Counted from the first letter of the stretch, positions 1-8,170 are shown. The stretch is DNA of 27,830 bases from Planctomycetales bacterium 4484_123 (GCA_002049885.1 MVCS01000001.1:1-27830), one strand, 5' to 3'. Notes: a model not told the origin generated them from the sequence alone. Program-made: numbers and translations.

Positions 1-601
1 CGCGGGTCGCGAATCTCCCTGGCCGCGGCCAGGATGTATTCGTGTCCCTTCAGTTCCGCCAATCGGGAGACCTGTGTGGCCAGCACGTCGTCCGGCCCCA
101 GGCCCAACGATTGCCGAAAGAGGTCAACCTCGGCGGGCCGGCGGAGGTACGTCTCGATCTCCATGCCGCTGTAGATGGTGGTGAACTGTTCGGGCCGACC
201 CACGCCGGCGGCCAGTGCCTGGCGGGTCATGGCGTCGGCGACGGAGATGATGGCGTCAGTCTGCCTGGCCGCCCGCCGTTCCAGGGCGATGTACATCCGG
301 TTTCGCCAGCGCGGCAGGTAGGGGTGGAACGGCAGGCCGTGGATGGTATGCACGATGCGGAGGCGGGCGTAGCGGCCGCCGCGACGGCGCAACTTGGCCG
401 CCGCCTGCGCAGTGTCCCCAGCACGACGAGGCGATATCCGCCGGCCCGGGCCCGACCCAGCAGCTCGCCCTCGGGCCCCAGGGGCGGGCCGGTGATGAGC
501 GTCACCTGATGGCCGCGGGCGTGCAGGCCCTCGCAGGTGAGGATGGTGTTCTCCTGGGCCCCGCCGAGGATCATGCGGGTGATGATGTGAACGATCTTCA
601 T
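1..601 (-). pseudogene. Glycosyltransferase family 4 (GT-B), internal deletion with frameshift; 3' end runs off the window
   Basis: The N-terminus MKIVHIITRMILGGAQENT...GPEGELL is GT4-like up to ...LGTLRR (~nt 404). GT4 homology resumes in another frame that is open to nt 1: AAAKLRRRGGRYARLRIVHTIHGLPFHPY...DAIISVADAM...FTTIYSGME...SRLAELKGHEY. The usual intervening segment (about 40 codons, including the DVVHTH-SKAG motif) is absent. Confidence 0.85.
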
Positions 602-2273
602 TGGGCACCATCACACCCGGCCCTGGCGGCGCCGTCAAGGCCGACCGTCCTGGGTGGGGCCGTGGGGCCAGCCGTCCGAGGCTGGCGGTCCGGCCTGGAA
701 CCCGGCACCGTCGGCGGCGGGTGCGACTGTCGGCAGGCCGTTGGCGCCGTTGTCCCCGGGGGCGGGTCTTCGCAGGCCGCCCAGTCCGAAGCGGGCGGCG
801 GCGCGGTACAGGACGGTGTACAGGGTGGGTACGACCACCAGGGTCAGCAGGGTGGCGAAGGCCAGGCCGAAGATGACGGCGATGGCCATGCTCGACCACC
901 ACTGGCTGGACTCGCTGCGGGTGTTGATGATGGTGCCCCAGAAGTTGGCCGGGTCCACGTCGTGGATTTCCAGGCTCACGCCGACGGCCATGGGTATGAG
1001 GCCGAGGATGGTGGTGGTGGCGGTCAGCAGCACCGGGCGCAGGCGGGTCACACCCGCATCCGTGGCCAGGCCGTCTCGGGCGACCCTCTCGATGGCGGCG
1101 CGAGCGTCGGCCTGGCGCCGGCCGAGCCATCCCGGCCTCAGCAGTTGCCAGACGCGTCCGGCGGGGGAGTCTTCCGGCCCCGAGGCTGCGGCCATCAGTG
1201 CCCGGCAGAAGGCGGGCCAGTCGCGGATGTCGTCTTCCCACAGGCGGTTGTCGCCCAGTGGGTCCAATCGTGCCTGGACGTCCTTGAGCACCTCCTCGCT
1301 GCGCCGGCCCTCGGCGTCGGCGGTGATGGTGACCACGCGCTTCTGGTTGATGCGATGGATGGTGCCGAAGCCGGGACGGTAGTCGAACTCGCCCAGCGAG
1401 CTGAGGGGGACCGCCTTGCCTTGGCGGTTGGGCACGCGCAGGCTGAAGAGGTCTTCGATGCGCCGGCGCCGGCTGAGCGGCAGGCGGATGGTGATGTCGT
1501 ACTCGTCGTTGAATTCCCGGAAGGTGCTGACCTCCGTGCCGAAGACGGCCATCTTGAGGAAGTTGCCGATGATGCGGGTGTTGACTCCCAGCAGCATTGC
1601 CCGGCGGCGGTCCACCTTGAAGACCAGTTCCGGCCCGGCCGCCTCCAGGTCGCTGCGCAGGTTGACCAGTCCGGGCACGGGCGGGTCGGAGATCAGGCGC
1701 TTGGCCCGCTCGGCGAGCCTTTCCAGCTCGCGGAAGTCTTTGCCGCTGATCCGCAAGGTGACCGGTGCGCCGGTGGGAGGGCCTTCCTTTTCTTTCTCCA
1801 GCTTGATCTCCGCGCCCGGGATGTCGGCCAGGACACGGCGGATTTCCTCCACGACCTTTGCCGAGGGGCGGTCCTCGGGGCGGTCCTGGTAGTCCAGGAA
1901 CAGCAGCGTGACGTTGGCGACGTGCGGCCCGGAGGCCGAGCCCACCAAGGCGAACCCCTCACCGGCCGATCCCACGTTCGTGATCACATGCTTGAGGTCC
2001 GCTCGGAAGGGTTCGACGCGGCGCTCGACGATTCGCGCCAGGCGGTCTGACTCGCGCAGATTCGTGCCCTGTGGGCTGCGGATGTTGATGTAGGCCCGCC
2101 GGGGATCGAAGTCGGGCAGCAGTTCGAAGCCGTTGCCGCGCTTGGCGTACACCTCGGCCAGGCCCACCAGCAGCAGCACCGCCAGGGCGATGGTAACGGG
2201 CCAGCGCCTCAGCGAGGCAGCCAGCAGCCGGCGGTAACCGCGGATGAACACGAGCCGACTGCGACCTGCGGCG

Positions 2274-2293
2274 GTGACTGACCGGTCAATCAC
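2274..2293. promoter_or_regulatory. 20-bp near-perfect palindrome, probable repressor operator (TetR-like)
   Basis: GTGACTGACCGGTCAATCAC (one mismatched pair), starting 2 nt downstream of the -10 box on the minus strand. Confidence 0.6.
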
Positions 2294-2295
2294 TG

Positions 2296-2324
2296 ATTGT
2301 ATCACGGCAGCCCTGAGGCGCCAA
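2296..2324 (-). promoter_or_regulatory. sigma70-type promoter with extended -10
   Basis: Minus strand TTGGCG-N17-TACAAT, with TG at the extended -10 position (TGaTACAAT). Confidence 0.6.
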
Positions 2325-2473
2325 GGGACGCAATTGGCACCACTTGGTTGGGCGGTCACCGACGATGGCGGGGGCCTTCACGGGCCCGGCTGGGGCTGGT
2401 CATGGCCCTTCATCGCCAGCGTTGGTGACGCCGGGGGGGTTACGTACGCTCTGGGTAGCTGTGGTCGGCGGGG

Positions 2474-3862
2474 CTATTGGTGCCCCCTGGGCCGCTGGCG
2501 TCTCCTGCTCCGGCCGAAGGTGTGCAGCGGCTGGGTGGCCAGCTTCCTGATCCTTCGCCACCAGGCGGCGAGGCTGTGGCCGCTGCGACTCCGCAGCAGG
2601 GCGTGAAAGCGGTGGAAGATCTCGTCGATCCGTTCTGCCGGCAGGGAGGGCATCTCCAGCACGCTGCGAGGGACGTAGAAGCATTCCTCTCCGCGCCCGC
2701 TGATCCAGCCGTTCTCGGCGCACACCTCCGCGGCCCTTGTCCCCGCTATGGGGAAAAAGATTCGCGGGACGACCTCGTCGAGCTTCAATGCCGTCACCAG
2801 GTCGAGGGTTTCTTCGACAGAGACCTCCGACTCGTACGGCACGCCGATGAAGACCATGCCCCGCACCGCCAGCCCGGCCCGTTTCATGGACGAGACGCCG
2901 TTGAGTATCTGGTTGTGCGAGGTGCGCAGGGTCAGCACCTCCTCACGGATGAAGTTGCTGCCTGAGCCGATCTGGACATCCACCTGTCGGCAGCCGGCCC
3001 GGGCGAGTAGTTCGGCCGTGTGCTGCCCCACGGCGTTGAGGCAGACCCGGCAGCGGAAGGGCAGGCCGCAACGGCGGGGGTATTCCTCCGCGAAGCGGGC
3101 CAGCCATTCGGCGTCCGTGGCGAAGGCGTGGTCCTCGAAGACGATGCCCTGGATGCCCTGGTAGCGTTCGACCACGGCGCTGATCTCTGCCAGCAGGTGG
3201 TCCACACTGCGACGGCGCAGGTAGCCGTCCCGGCCGTAAAGCTCGATGTACCAGTCGTTGAGGCAGTGGGCGCACCAATTCAGGCAGCCGCGGGTGGCGC
3301 GGAATGCCGCCTCGTGCTCGGCGGAGACGGTCCGGCCGTAGTCGAATATATCACGGTCGGGGTGGGGCAGCGTGTCCAGGTCGGCAGTCGGCTTGTCGGG
3401 GACATTGCGGACCAGGCCCTCTTCACTGTTGAACCACACGCCGGGCACCTCGGCGGGTGACAGGTCGCTGGTGGCCAGGGCTGCGGTCAGCCTGGGCAGC
3501 GCCTGGTCATATTCGCCGCGGATGAGGGCGGTGACCCCCGGGATGCTGATGGCCTGTTCGGGCTGGGAGGTGGCGTAGCGTCCGACCAGGATGACGGGCA
3601 GGTAGTGTCGCTCGGCGATTTCCACGATGGTGTGGCGAGCAAGGGTGTGGCGGTGGGGGGGGACATCCATGAGGATGTGGCTCGGCCGGTGGCGCGTCAC
3701 TGCCGAGCGCAGTCGGTCGCGGTCGTAGTCGCTCATCGCCACCAGGGCGACCTCCAGGTTCCGGCGGCGGAGCATGGCCACTGCCAGCCCCAGCTCGTGA
3801 CAGAAGCGCGGCCGGTCTGGCGCGTGAGAAGGGGGGACGAGTTGGACAATCAGTATGTTCAT
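2474..3862 (-). CDS. B12-binding domain radical SAM protein
   Basis: CxxxCxxC motif (RGCLNWCAHC), DLDTLPHPDRD linker, N-terminal cobalamin-binding-like region (VGRYATSQPEQ, IRGEYD), FEDHAF and GSGS core motifs. Confidence 0.88.
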   Translation of the reverse strand: MNILIVQLVPPSHAPDRPRFCHELGLAVAMLRRRNLEVALVAMSDYDRDRLRSAVTRHRPSHILMDVPPHRHTLARHTIVEIAERHYLPVILVGRYATSQPEQAISIPGVTALIRGEYDQALPRLTAALATSDLSPAEVPGVWFNSEEGLVRNVPDKPTADLDTLPHPDRDIFDYGRTVSAEHEAAFRATRGCLNWCAHCLNDWYIELYGRDGYLRRRSVDHLLAEISAVVERYQGIQGIVFEDHAFATDAEWLARFAEEYPRRCGLPFRCRVCLNAVGQHTAELLARAGCRQVDVQIGSGSNFIREEVLTLRTSHNQILNGVSSMKRAGLAVRGMVFIGVPYESEVSVEETLDLVTALKLDEVVPRIFFPIAGTRAAEVCAENGWISGRGEECFYVPRSVLEMPSLPAERIDEIFHRFHALLRSRSGHSLAAWWRRIRKLATQPLHTFGRSRRRQRPRGHQ

Positions 3863-3907
3863 GCTCTCCGGCCCTCCGCGCGGCAGGCCGGGGGGCTCCG
3901 GGCCGCC

Positions 3908-4804
3908 CTAGCTGCACAGCCGGGTCACCAGCAGTTGCATGGTCGTCAGTGGGTCGGCGCCGGTCTTCAGTGCCAGGTCTGCTTCGAGCAGATGCCGGAA
4001 ATCTTCGAATGACCTTTGGGGGCTCTGGTCGCGGCCACGTCGGGCCGAACGCGGTCGGCGTCTGCGGCCTTGAAGGCTCGACCGCAGCATCCAGCCGATC
4101 AGCCCCAAGGCGCGGAACTCATCCCCACGGGTGCTGAGCAGGTCGTCGAGGGCCTCCAGCGCCCCCTTCAGGTCCCCGGCCTCTATGGCGTTGGTCAGGG
4201 CGAAGGGCTCCGGTCCGGCGGTGGCGACCACGGCTGCGGCCACGTCGTCGGCGGAGACGGTGCTGCGCCGGCCCACGAACAATGCCAGCTTTTCCAGCTC
4301 GCTGTCCAGCCGCGCCAGGTCCGGCCCGATCCACTCGGCCAGCACCTCCGCCGCCTCGCGCGAGATCGTCTTGCCGCGGGCCCGGGCGAGCTTGCTGATC
4401 CACCCGGGCAGGGCGTCGTAGGCGGGGCAGGAGCAGTCGAAGACCTCCCCCACCTTGGCCGCCTTCCTGGCCAGCACCCATCGTCCCTGCCAGGCGTTGA
4501 CCATCAGCACCAGGGTGCCGGTAGGGCAGGGGTGGTCGAGGTAGTCTTCGAGCTGATGGCGATATCGGCTGACGAAGGGGTCGGCGTCGTGCACGAAGAC
4601 CATTCGGCGGGCCGCCAGCAGCGGGGCGGTGCGGAGTTCGTCGAGCACGGTGGCCAGTTGGGCCTGGCCGTCCAGGTCGGTGACGGCCAGGGCCGTGTGC
4701 TCGTCGGGCGGGAGGGCCTCGATGAGCTGCCTGCGGTAGTGGCGGCGCAGGTAGGGGTCCGGGCCGTTGAAGATGTAGATGCACTTGCAGGGCTTCTCGG
4801 CCAT
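3908..4804 (-). CDS. holA: DNA polymerase III delta subunit
   Basis: IYIFNGPDPYL N-terminus, DELRTAPLL, IGPDLARLDSELEKLAL, C-terminal LLEADLALKTG. The ATG at 4804 is preferred over the GTG at 4813. Confidence 0.88.
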   Translation of the reverse strand: MAEKPCKCIYIFNGPDPYLRRHYRRQLIEALPPDEHTALAVTDLDGQAQLATVLDELRTAPLLAARRMVFVHDADPFVSRYRHQLEDYLDHPCPTGTLVLMVNAWQGRWVLARKAAKVGEVFDCSCPAYDALPGWISKLARARGKTISREAAEVLAEWIGPDLARLDSELEKLALFVGRRSTVSADDVAAAVVATAGPEPFALTNAIEAGDLKGALEALDDLLSTRGDEFRALGLIGWMLRSSLQGRRRRPRSARRGRDQSPQRSFEDFRHLLEADLALKTGADPLTTMQLLVTRLCS

Positions 4805-4896
4805 GGCGCGCACTCATTGTCCAGGAAGCCCGGCGTGTTGTAAAGACGGCAGCAACAGGGCGGGGGTCCGCCGCCCCTGGATGGGTCAGGGCAGTC

Positions 4897-5184
4897 TCAG
4901 ATCAGGCCGAAGAGTTGCTTGACGGCCGCGCCAGCGCGCCGAAACGGAACCGGGTCGATGGAGTAGAAGACCTGCTTTCCCTGGCGGCGATTGCGGACCA
5001 ACCCGTGCGCCCGCAGCAATCCGAGGTGGTGAGAGACGGTAGGCTGGGGCAGGCGGAGGGTCTTGCAGAGCTGCGTGACGTGCTGTTCGCCCTTCTGTAG
5101 CAGCAGGACTACGAGTTTCAGTCTCGTCTGGTCCGAAAGTACACGGAAAAACCTAGACAAGCTCTGGATATGCTGACTCTTCAC
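4897..5184 (-). CDS. ArsR/SmtB family winged-helix transcriptional regulator
   Basis: FRVLSDQTRLKLV, QPTVSHHLGLLRAHGLVRNRRQGKQVFYS; GGAGA SD upstream of the GTG. Confidence 0.88.
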   Translation of the reverse strand: MKSQHIQSLSRFFRVLSDQTRLKLVVLLLQKGEQHVTQLCKTLRLPQPTVSHHLGLLRAHGLVRNRRQGKQVFYSIDPVPFRRAGAAVKQLFGLI

Positions 5185-5443
5185 TATTCCGTCTCCATAG
5201 GGCTTTGGGCAACTTGCCGGGCCAAACCCAGGCGGCTGCCCTGCTTCGGACCGAAAAAGAATATTACGTAAGGCAGCGATGAACAGCCGACCCTTACGGG
5301 CCGCCGGCGCGGAAGGCTTGCCGCCCCTTGCCGTCGGCCCATCGGGAGCTTCCGTTGTCTGCTCGGGTCGGGGAGATGTTCACAGCGGAACGGTCCCGGC
5401 GTCGCGCTGCCGCGCAACCGGGACGGCAGGCGCGACGGAGATA

Positions 5444-5566
5444 TTACATCTGTCGGCGACGATACATGACCAGGCCGATGATGAGGGCGATCAGCACCAC
5501 CAGGAGTGGGAGCTGCCACCATCTGAACCATGCGGCCGCCACACCAAGCAGTCCACCATCGATCAT
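5444..5566 (-). CDS. Small single-pass membrane protein (40 aa), absent from the ORF track
   Basis: MIDGGLLGVAAAWFRWWQLPLLVVLIALIIGLVMYRRRQM*; AAGGAG SD upstream of the ATG; hydrophobic helix followed by a basic tail; dedicated promoter. Confidence 0.8.
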   Translation of the reverse strand: MIDGGLLGVAAAWFRWWQLPLLVVLIALIIGLVMYRRRQM

Positions 5567-5613
5567 GTCGCTCTCCTTCGTGCCGCTGCCGTCAATAACT
5601 GATTGCGATAGTG

Positions 5614-5643
5614 CTTATAGCGTTCCAGCAAAAAATGTGTCAA
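5614..5643 (-). promoter_or_regulatory. sigma70 promoter of the small membrane protein gene
   Basis: Minus strand TTGACA-N18-TATAAG, preceded by a T-tract (UP-like). Confidence 0.72.
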
Positions 5644-5712
5644 GCAAAAACCCTGCATCGCTCGATCGGCCGAACCAGCGTCGCCATGACCGAAGCGGCA
5701 AGGCACGTGCAC

Positions 5713-5785
5713 TGGCGGCGACTGGACTCGAACCAGTGACCCAGGGCTTATGAATCCCTTGCTCTGCCGACTGAGCTACGCCGCC
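5713..5785 (-). tRNA. tRNA with CAT anticodon, probably elongator tRNA-Met (Ile2 not excluded)
   Basis: GGCGGCG TA GCTC AGTCGGCA GAGC A AGGGA TTCATAA GCCCT GGGTC ACTGG TTCGAGT CCAGT CGCCGCC A. The cloverleaf has a G1-C72 pair, so it is not initiator-like. CCA is not encoded. Confidence 0.93.
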
Positions 5786-5918
5786 AACGCCGGTACATAT
5801 TGCCTCTGTCGCCAGGGCATTGCAAGGGCTTTCTCGCCTCCTCCGTATTCCTCCGGTGGCATTTGCGCTGCGGGCCCCGTGCCGGCTGGGCCTTTGTCCG
5901 CGCCGCCGCGGGCGGCGC

Positions 5919-5959
5919 AAAAAACGGCCGGCGCCCCGTCTGAGCCGCGGCGCCGGCCG
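5919..5959 (-). terminator. Rho-independent terminator after the Spy-like gene
   Basis: 11-bp GC-rich inverted repeat (CGGCCGGCGCC / GGCGCCGGCCG) followed by T6 on the minus strand. Confidence 0.75.
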
Positions 5960-5993
5960 GCGTGCTAGAAGCGCACGGAGGGGGGAGCCATCT

Positions 5994-6929
5994 TCATTCA
6001 GTCGTCGTGGCCGTGGGTCCGGTCGCGGCTTGAGTCTTGCGTTTTCTCTGCCGCGGCTTGCGCTTCCTGGGCTGCCGGAGCGGCCTGACCTTTTCACGCT
6101 GCTGTTCGTCGAGGATTTGCTCGCGGACGTAGGTGTAGAGCTTGTTGTAGAGCTCCATCCGGGCCTTGCGGTCGGTCATGTCCACGCCGGTGGACTGCTC
6201 GACGTATGCGGCCTTGATCTTGGCCTTCTGCTCGTCGGTGAGTCTTGCCCGGTGGAAGCGGCGGACGAGGTACGCCACTGCCACTTCTGTCCGCTGCTCG
6301 GGGGAGAGGACTTCCTTCTCGACCTGGGCGTACAGCTTGGCCAGCAGGGTGCTGCGGCCCTTCGCGGTGGTCGCCTCGGTGCCGGCGGCGAGCTTGACGT
6401 AGGCCGCCTTGACCTGCTCTTCCTGCTCGGCGGTCAGCTTGGCCGGGCTGATGCGCCGCTTGACGTCCAGGAGGGCCTGGTACTGGTCCCACTTGGCCTT
6501 CTGCTCGGGGGTGAGGACCTCCATGACGGCGTCACGGAATTTCTTTACGATCGCGTTTTTCTTGCCTCTCAGGGCCGAGTATTCCGCCCAGGCCTTCTTG
6601 GCGGCTTCCTTGTCCTTGGCCTCGCGGGCCTTCTTCAAGGCCTCTCGGAGGGCCTCGTACTTGGCCTTGTTCTCTTCCCGGAAGGCGGTGAGTTCCTTGG
6701 CCCGCTGTGCGTTCAGTTCGGCGATCTGCTTTTGCTGGTCCTCGGAGAGGTCGCAGACCTTGACCATCTGGGCGTGCATGCCACGCAGCAGTGGCCTCTT
6801 TTTCGCTGCACGTGCCTTCCTTGCCTTTCTGGTCTTCTTCGGCGCGGCTTGGCCTTCCCGGGCCAAGAGGCTGGGCGCCGCAATGGCCATGGCGAACAGC
6901 CCAGCCAGGATCCATGTCAGGCGTCTCAT
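5994..6929 (-). CDS. Exported helical protein with six LTxxQ-like motifs (Spy/CpxP-like repeats)
   Basis: Signal-peptide-like MRRLTWILAGLFAMAIAAPSLLA; motifs LSEDQ, LTPEQ, LTAEQ, LSPEQ, LTDEQ, LDEQQ; GGAGA SD before the ATG at 6929, preferred over the track start at 7031. Confidence 0.72.
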   Translation of the reverse strand: MRRLTWILAGLFAMAIAAPSLLAREGQAAPKKTRKARKARAAKKRPLLRGMHAQMVKVCDLSEDQQKQIAELNAQRAKELTAFREENKAKYEALREALKKAREAKDKEAAKKAWAEYSALRGKKNAIVKKFRDAVMEVLTPEQKAKWDQYQALLDVKRRISPAKLTAEQEEQVKAAYVKLAAGTEATTAKGRSTLLAKLYAQVEKEVLSPEQRTEVAVAYLVRRFHRARLTDEQKAKIKAAYVEQSTGVDMTDRKARMELYNKLYTYVREQILDEQQREKVRPLRQPRKRKPRQRKRKTQAATGPTATTTE

Positions 6930-7044
6930 CGGTGTTCTCCCTGGGGGCTTGTGTTGCGCCACGGCGCCGCCCCCTGGCGCCGGGCGGCTCGCGACGGGTC
7001 GGGCGTCGGCCCCAAGACCGCCCGAGTTCACAGTGCGGACTATT

Positions 7045-7070
7045 AAACGCCCAGGGCGGGCTGGGGTTGC
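7045..7070 (-). promoter_or_regulatory. ECF-sigma-type promoter candidate for the Spy-like gene
   Basis: Minus strand GCAAC-N16-CGTTT, matching the general ECF AAC...CGT pattern. Confidence 0.45.
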
Positions 7071-7208
7071 GGTGGAGGGCTGGAAATCTTCCGCCCCGGC
7101 CAGGGGTTGGGCTGGGTTGGCCGGACGACAAGGCCCGCATCCAGTCGGATGGGCCCAAGGCGGCGCACCAATGAGACTTGCGATTGGTGCCGGCCGTCCT
7201 GCCGGCCC

Positions 7209-7532
7209 TCAGCCTCCCCCGCCGGCTGCGTCTTTCTTGGTCGATTCGGCGCCGGAGTCGGCCTGACCGGATTTCGACCGGCCGGACTCGGCGGGGCTTG
7301 GGGACTCTCCGGAGCTGTGTTTTTTCTCGGTCCGCTTGCCGTGATTGTTGCGGCGGTAGTCGGTTTCGTAGAAGCCGCTGCCTTTGAAGATGACCCCGGC
7401 CCCGGTGCCCAGGAGTCGGCGCAGGCCCAGCCGACCGCAGGCGGGGCACTTCCGCAGCGTCCCAGCGGTGATGGACTGGAAGCGCTCGAAGTGATGGCCG
7501 CAGTATTGGCACTCGTACTCGTACGTTGGCAT
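7209..7532 (-). CDS. FmdB family zinc-ribbon protein
   Basis: MPTYEYECQYCGHHFE...CPACG...GAGVIFKGSGFYETDY, with a low-complexity tail. Confidence 0.9.
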   Translation of the reverse strand: MPTYEYECQYCGHHFERFQSITAGTLRKCPACGRLGLRRLLGTGAGVIFKGSGFYETDYRRNNHGKRTEKKHSSGESPSPAESGRSKSGQADSGAESTKKDAAGGGG

Positions 7533-7534
7533 GC

Positions 7535-8170
7535 CTACTCGCTTTCGTTGTCGTTGGGGCTCTGGATCTCGGTGGTCTCCTCCTTGGCGGCAACGGGGGC
7601 GGAGATCACCACGCGCGCGGGTCGCAGCACTCTGCCGTTCAGTTCGTATCCTTTTTGCAGTTCGTCCAGCACGGTCGGCGCAGCGTGCTCGGCGGAGGGC
7701 CTTTGCATCATGGCCTCGTGCCGGATGGGGTCGAAGGCCTGACCCGCTGCCTGGATGGGGCGCAGGCCGTAGCCGCCCAGTATCTCCAGGGCCTTCTTGT
7801 ACACCAGTTGCATCCCCGCCAGCAACGGGTCTTCCTCGCTGTGGTTGGCCTTGGCGGCTTCCAGGGCCCGCTCCATGTCGTCCAGCACGCCCAGCAGGTC
7901 GCGGATGAGCTCGGCATTGGCGAACTGTCGGGCCTCTTCCATGTCGCGCTGGACGCGCTTCTGGTAGTTGACGTAGTCGGCCGAGAGCCGTTTCAGCCGG
8001 GCCAGCAGGTCGTCGCGCTCGGCCTGAAGGGCCTTGAGGTCCGCAGCCATTTGGGCGCAGGTGGGCTCACGGCCCTCCGCCGGTGGTTCTGCCGTCGGCT
8101 CTGCCGGCCGGTCCTGCCGGTCGGGGCCATCGGGTCGTTCTTCAGGTCGCTTGTGCTTACGTGACGCCAT
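7535..8170 (-). CDS. grpE: Nucleotide exchange factor GrpE
   Basis: RLSADYVNYQKR, LLGVLDDMERAL, FDPIRHEAM, QKGYELNGRVLRPARVVI. Confidence 0.96.
   Translation of the reverse strand: MASRKHKRPEERPDGPDRQDRPAEPTAEPPAEGREPTCAQMAADLKALQAERDDLLARLKRLSADYVNYQKRVQRDMEEARQFANAELIRDLLGVLDDMERALEAAKANHSEEDPLLAGMQLVYKKALEILGGYGLRPIQAAGQAFDPIRHEAMMQRPSAEHAAPTVLDELQKGYELNGRVLRPARVVISAPVAAKEETTEIQSPNDNESE

Larger units (their letters stand above)
635..2359 (-). pseudogene. RND efflux permease (AcrB/AcrD/AcrF family), C-terminal half only, also lacking TM8-TM10
   Basis: Homology starts near nt 2250 (FIRGYRRLLAASLRR, then TM7 WPVTIALAVLLLV). It includes the porter/docking segments EGPPTGAP and GTIHRINQKRVVTITAD, TM11 AGVTRLRPVLLTATTTILGLIPMA and TM12 MAIAVIFGLAFATLLTLVVVPTLY. 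The ORF is 574 aa against about 1050 aa for typical RND permeases. The GTG at 2359 lies upstream of a promoter and has no SD. Confidence 0.85.

Noticed and set aside
3960-4100. holA C-terminal domain looks about 20 aa shorter than usual, a possible further deletion
   Set aside because: It is in frame, the terminal motif is intact and this region is length-variable; it cannot be called without an ortholog alignment.
5600-5800. tRNA as an integration site for an island or prophage
   Set aside because: No integrase and no duplicated tRNA 3' end were seen in the window.
7165-7190. Inverted repeat GCACCAAT-N10-ATTGGTGC after the FmdB gene
   Set aside because: There is no U-tract and no second copy; it may be a weak hairpin, but no function can be supported.
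7505-7535. TTGGCACTC resembling a CIRCE half-site
   Set aside because: It lies inside the FmdB coding sequence and has no matching second half at 9-nt spacing.
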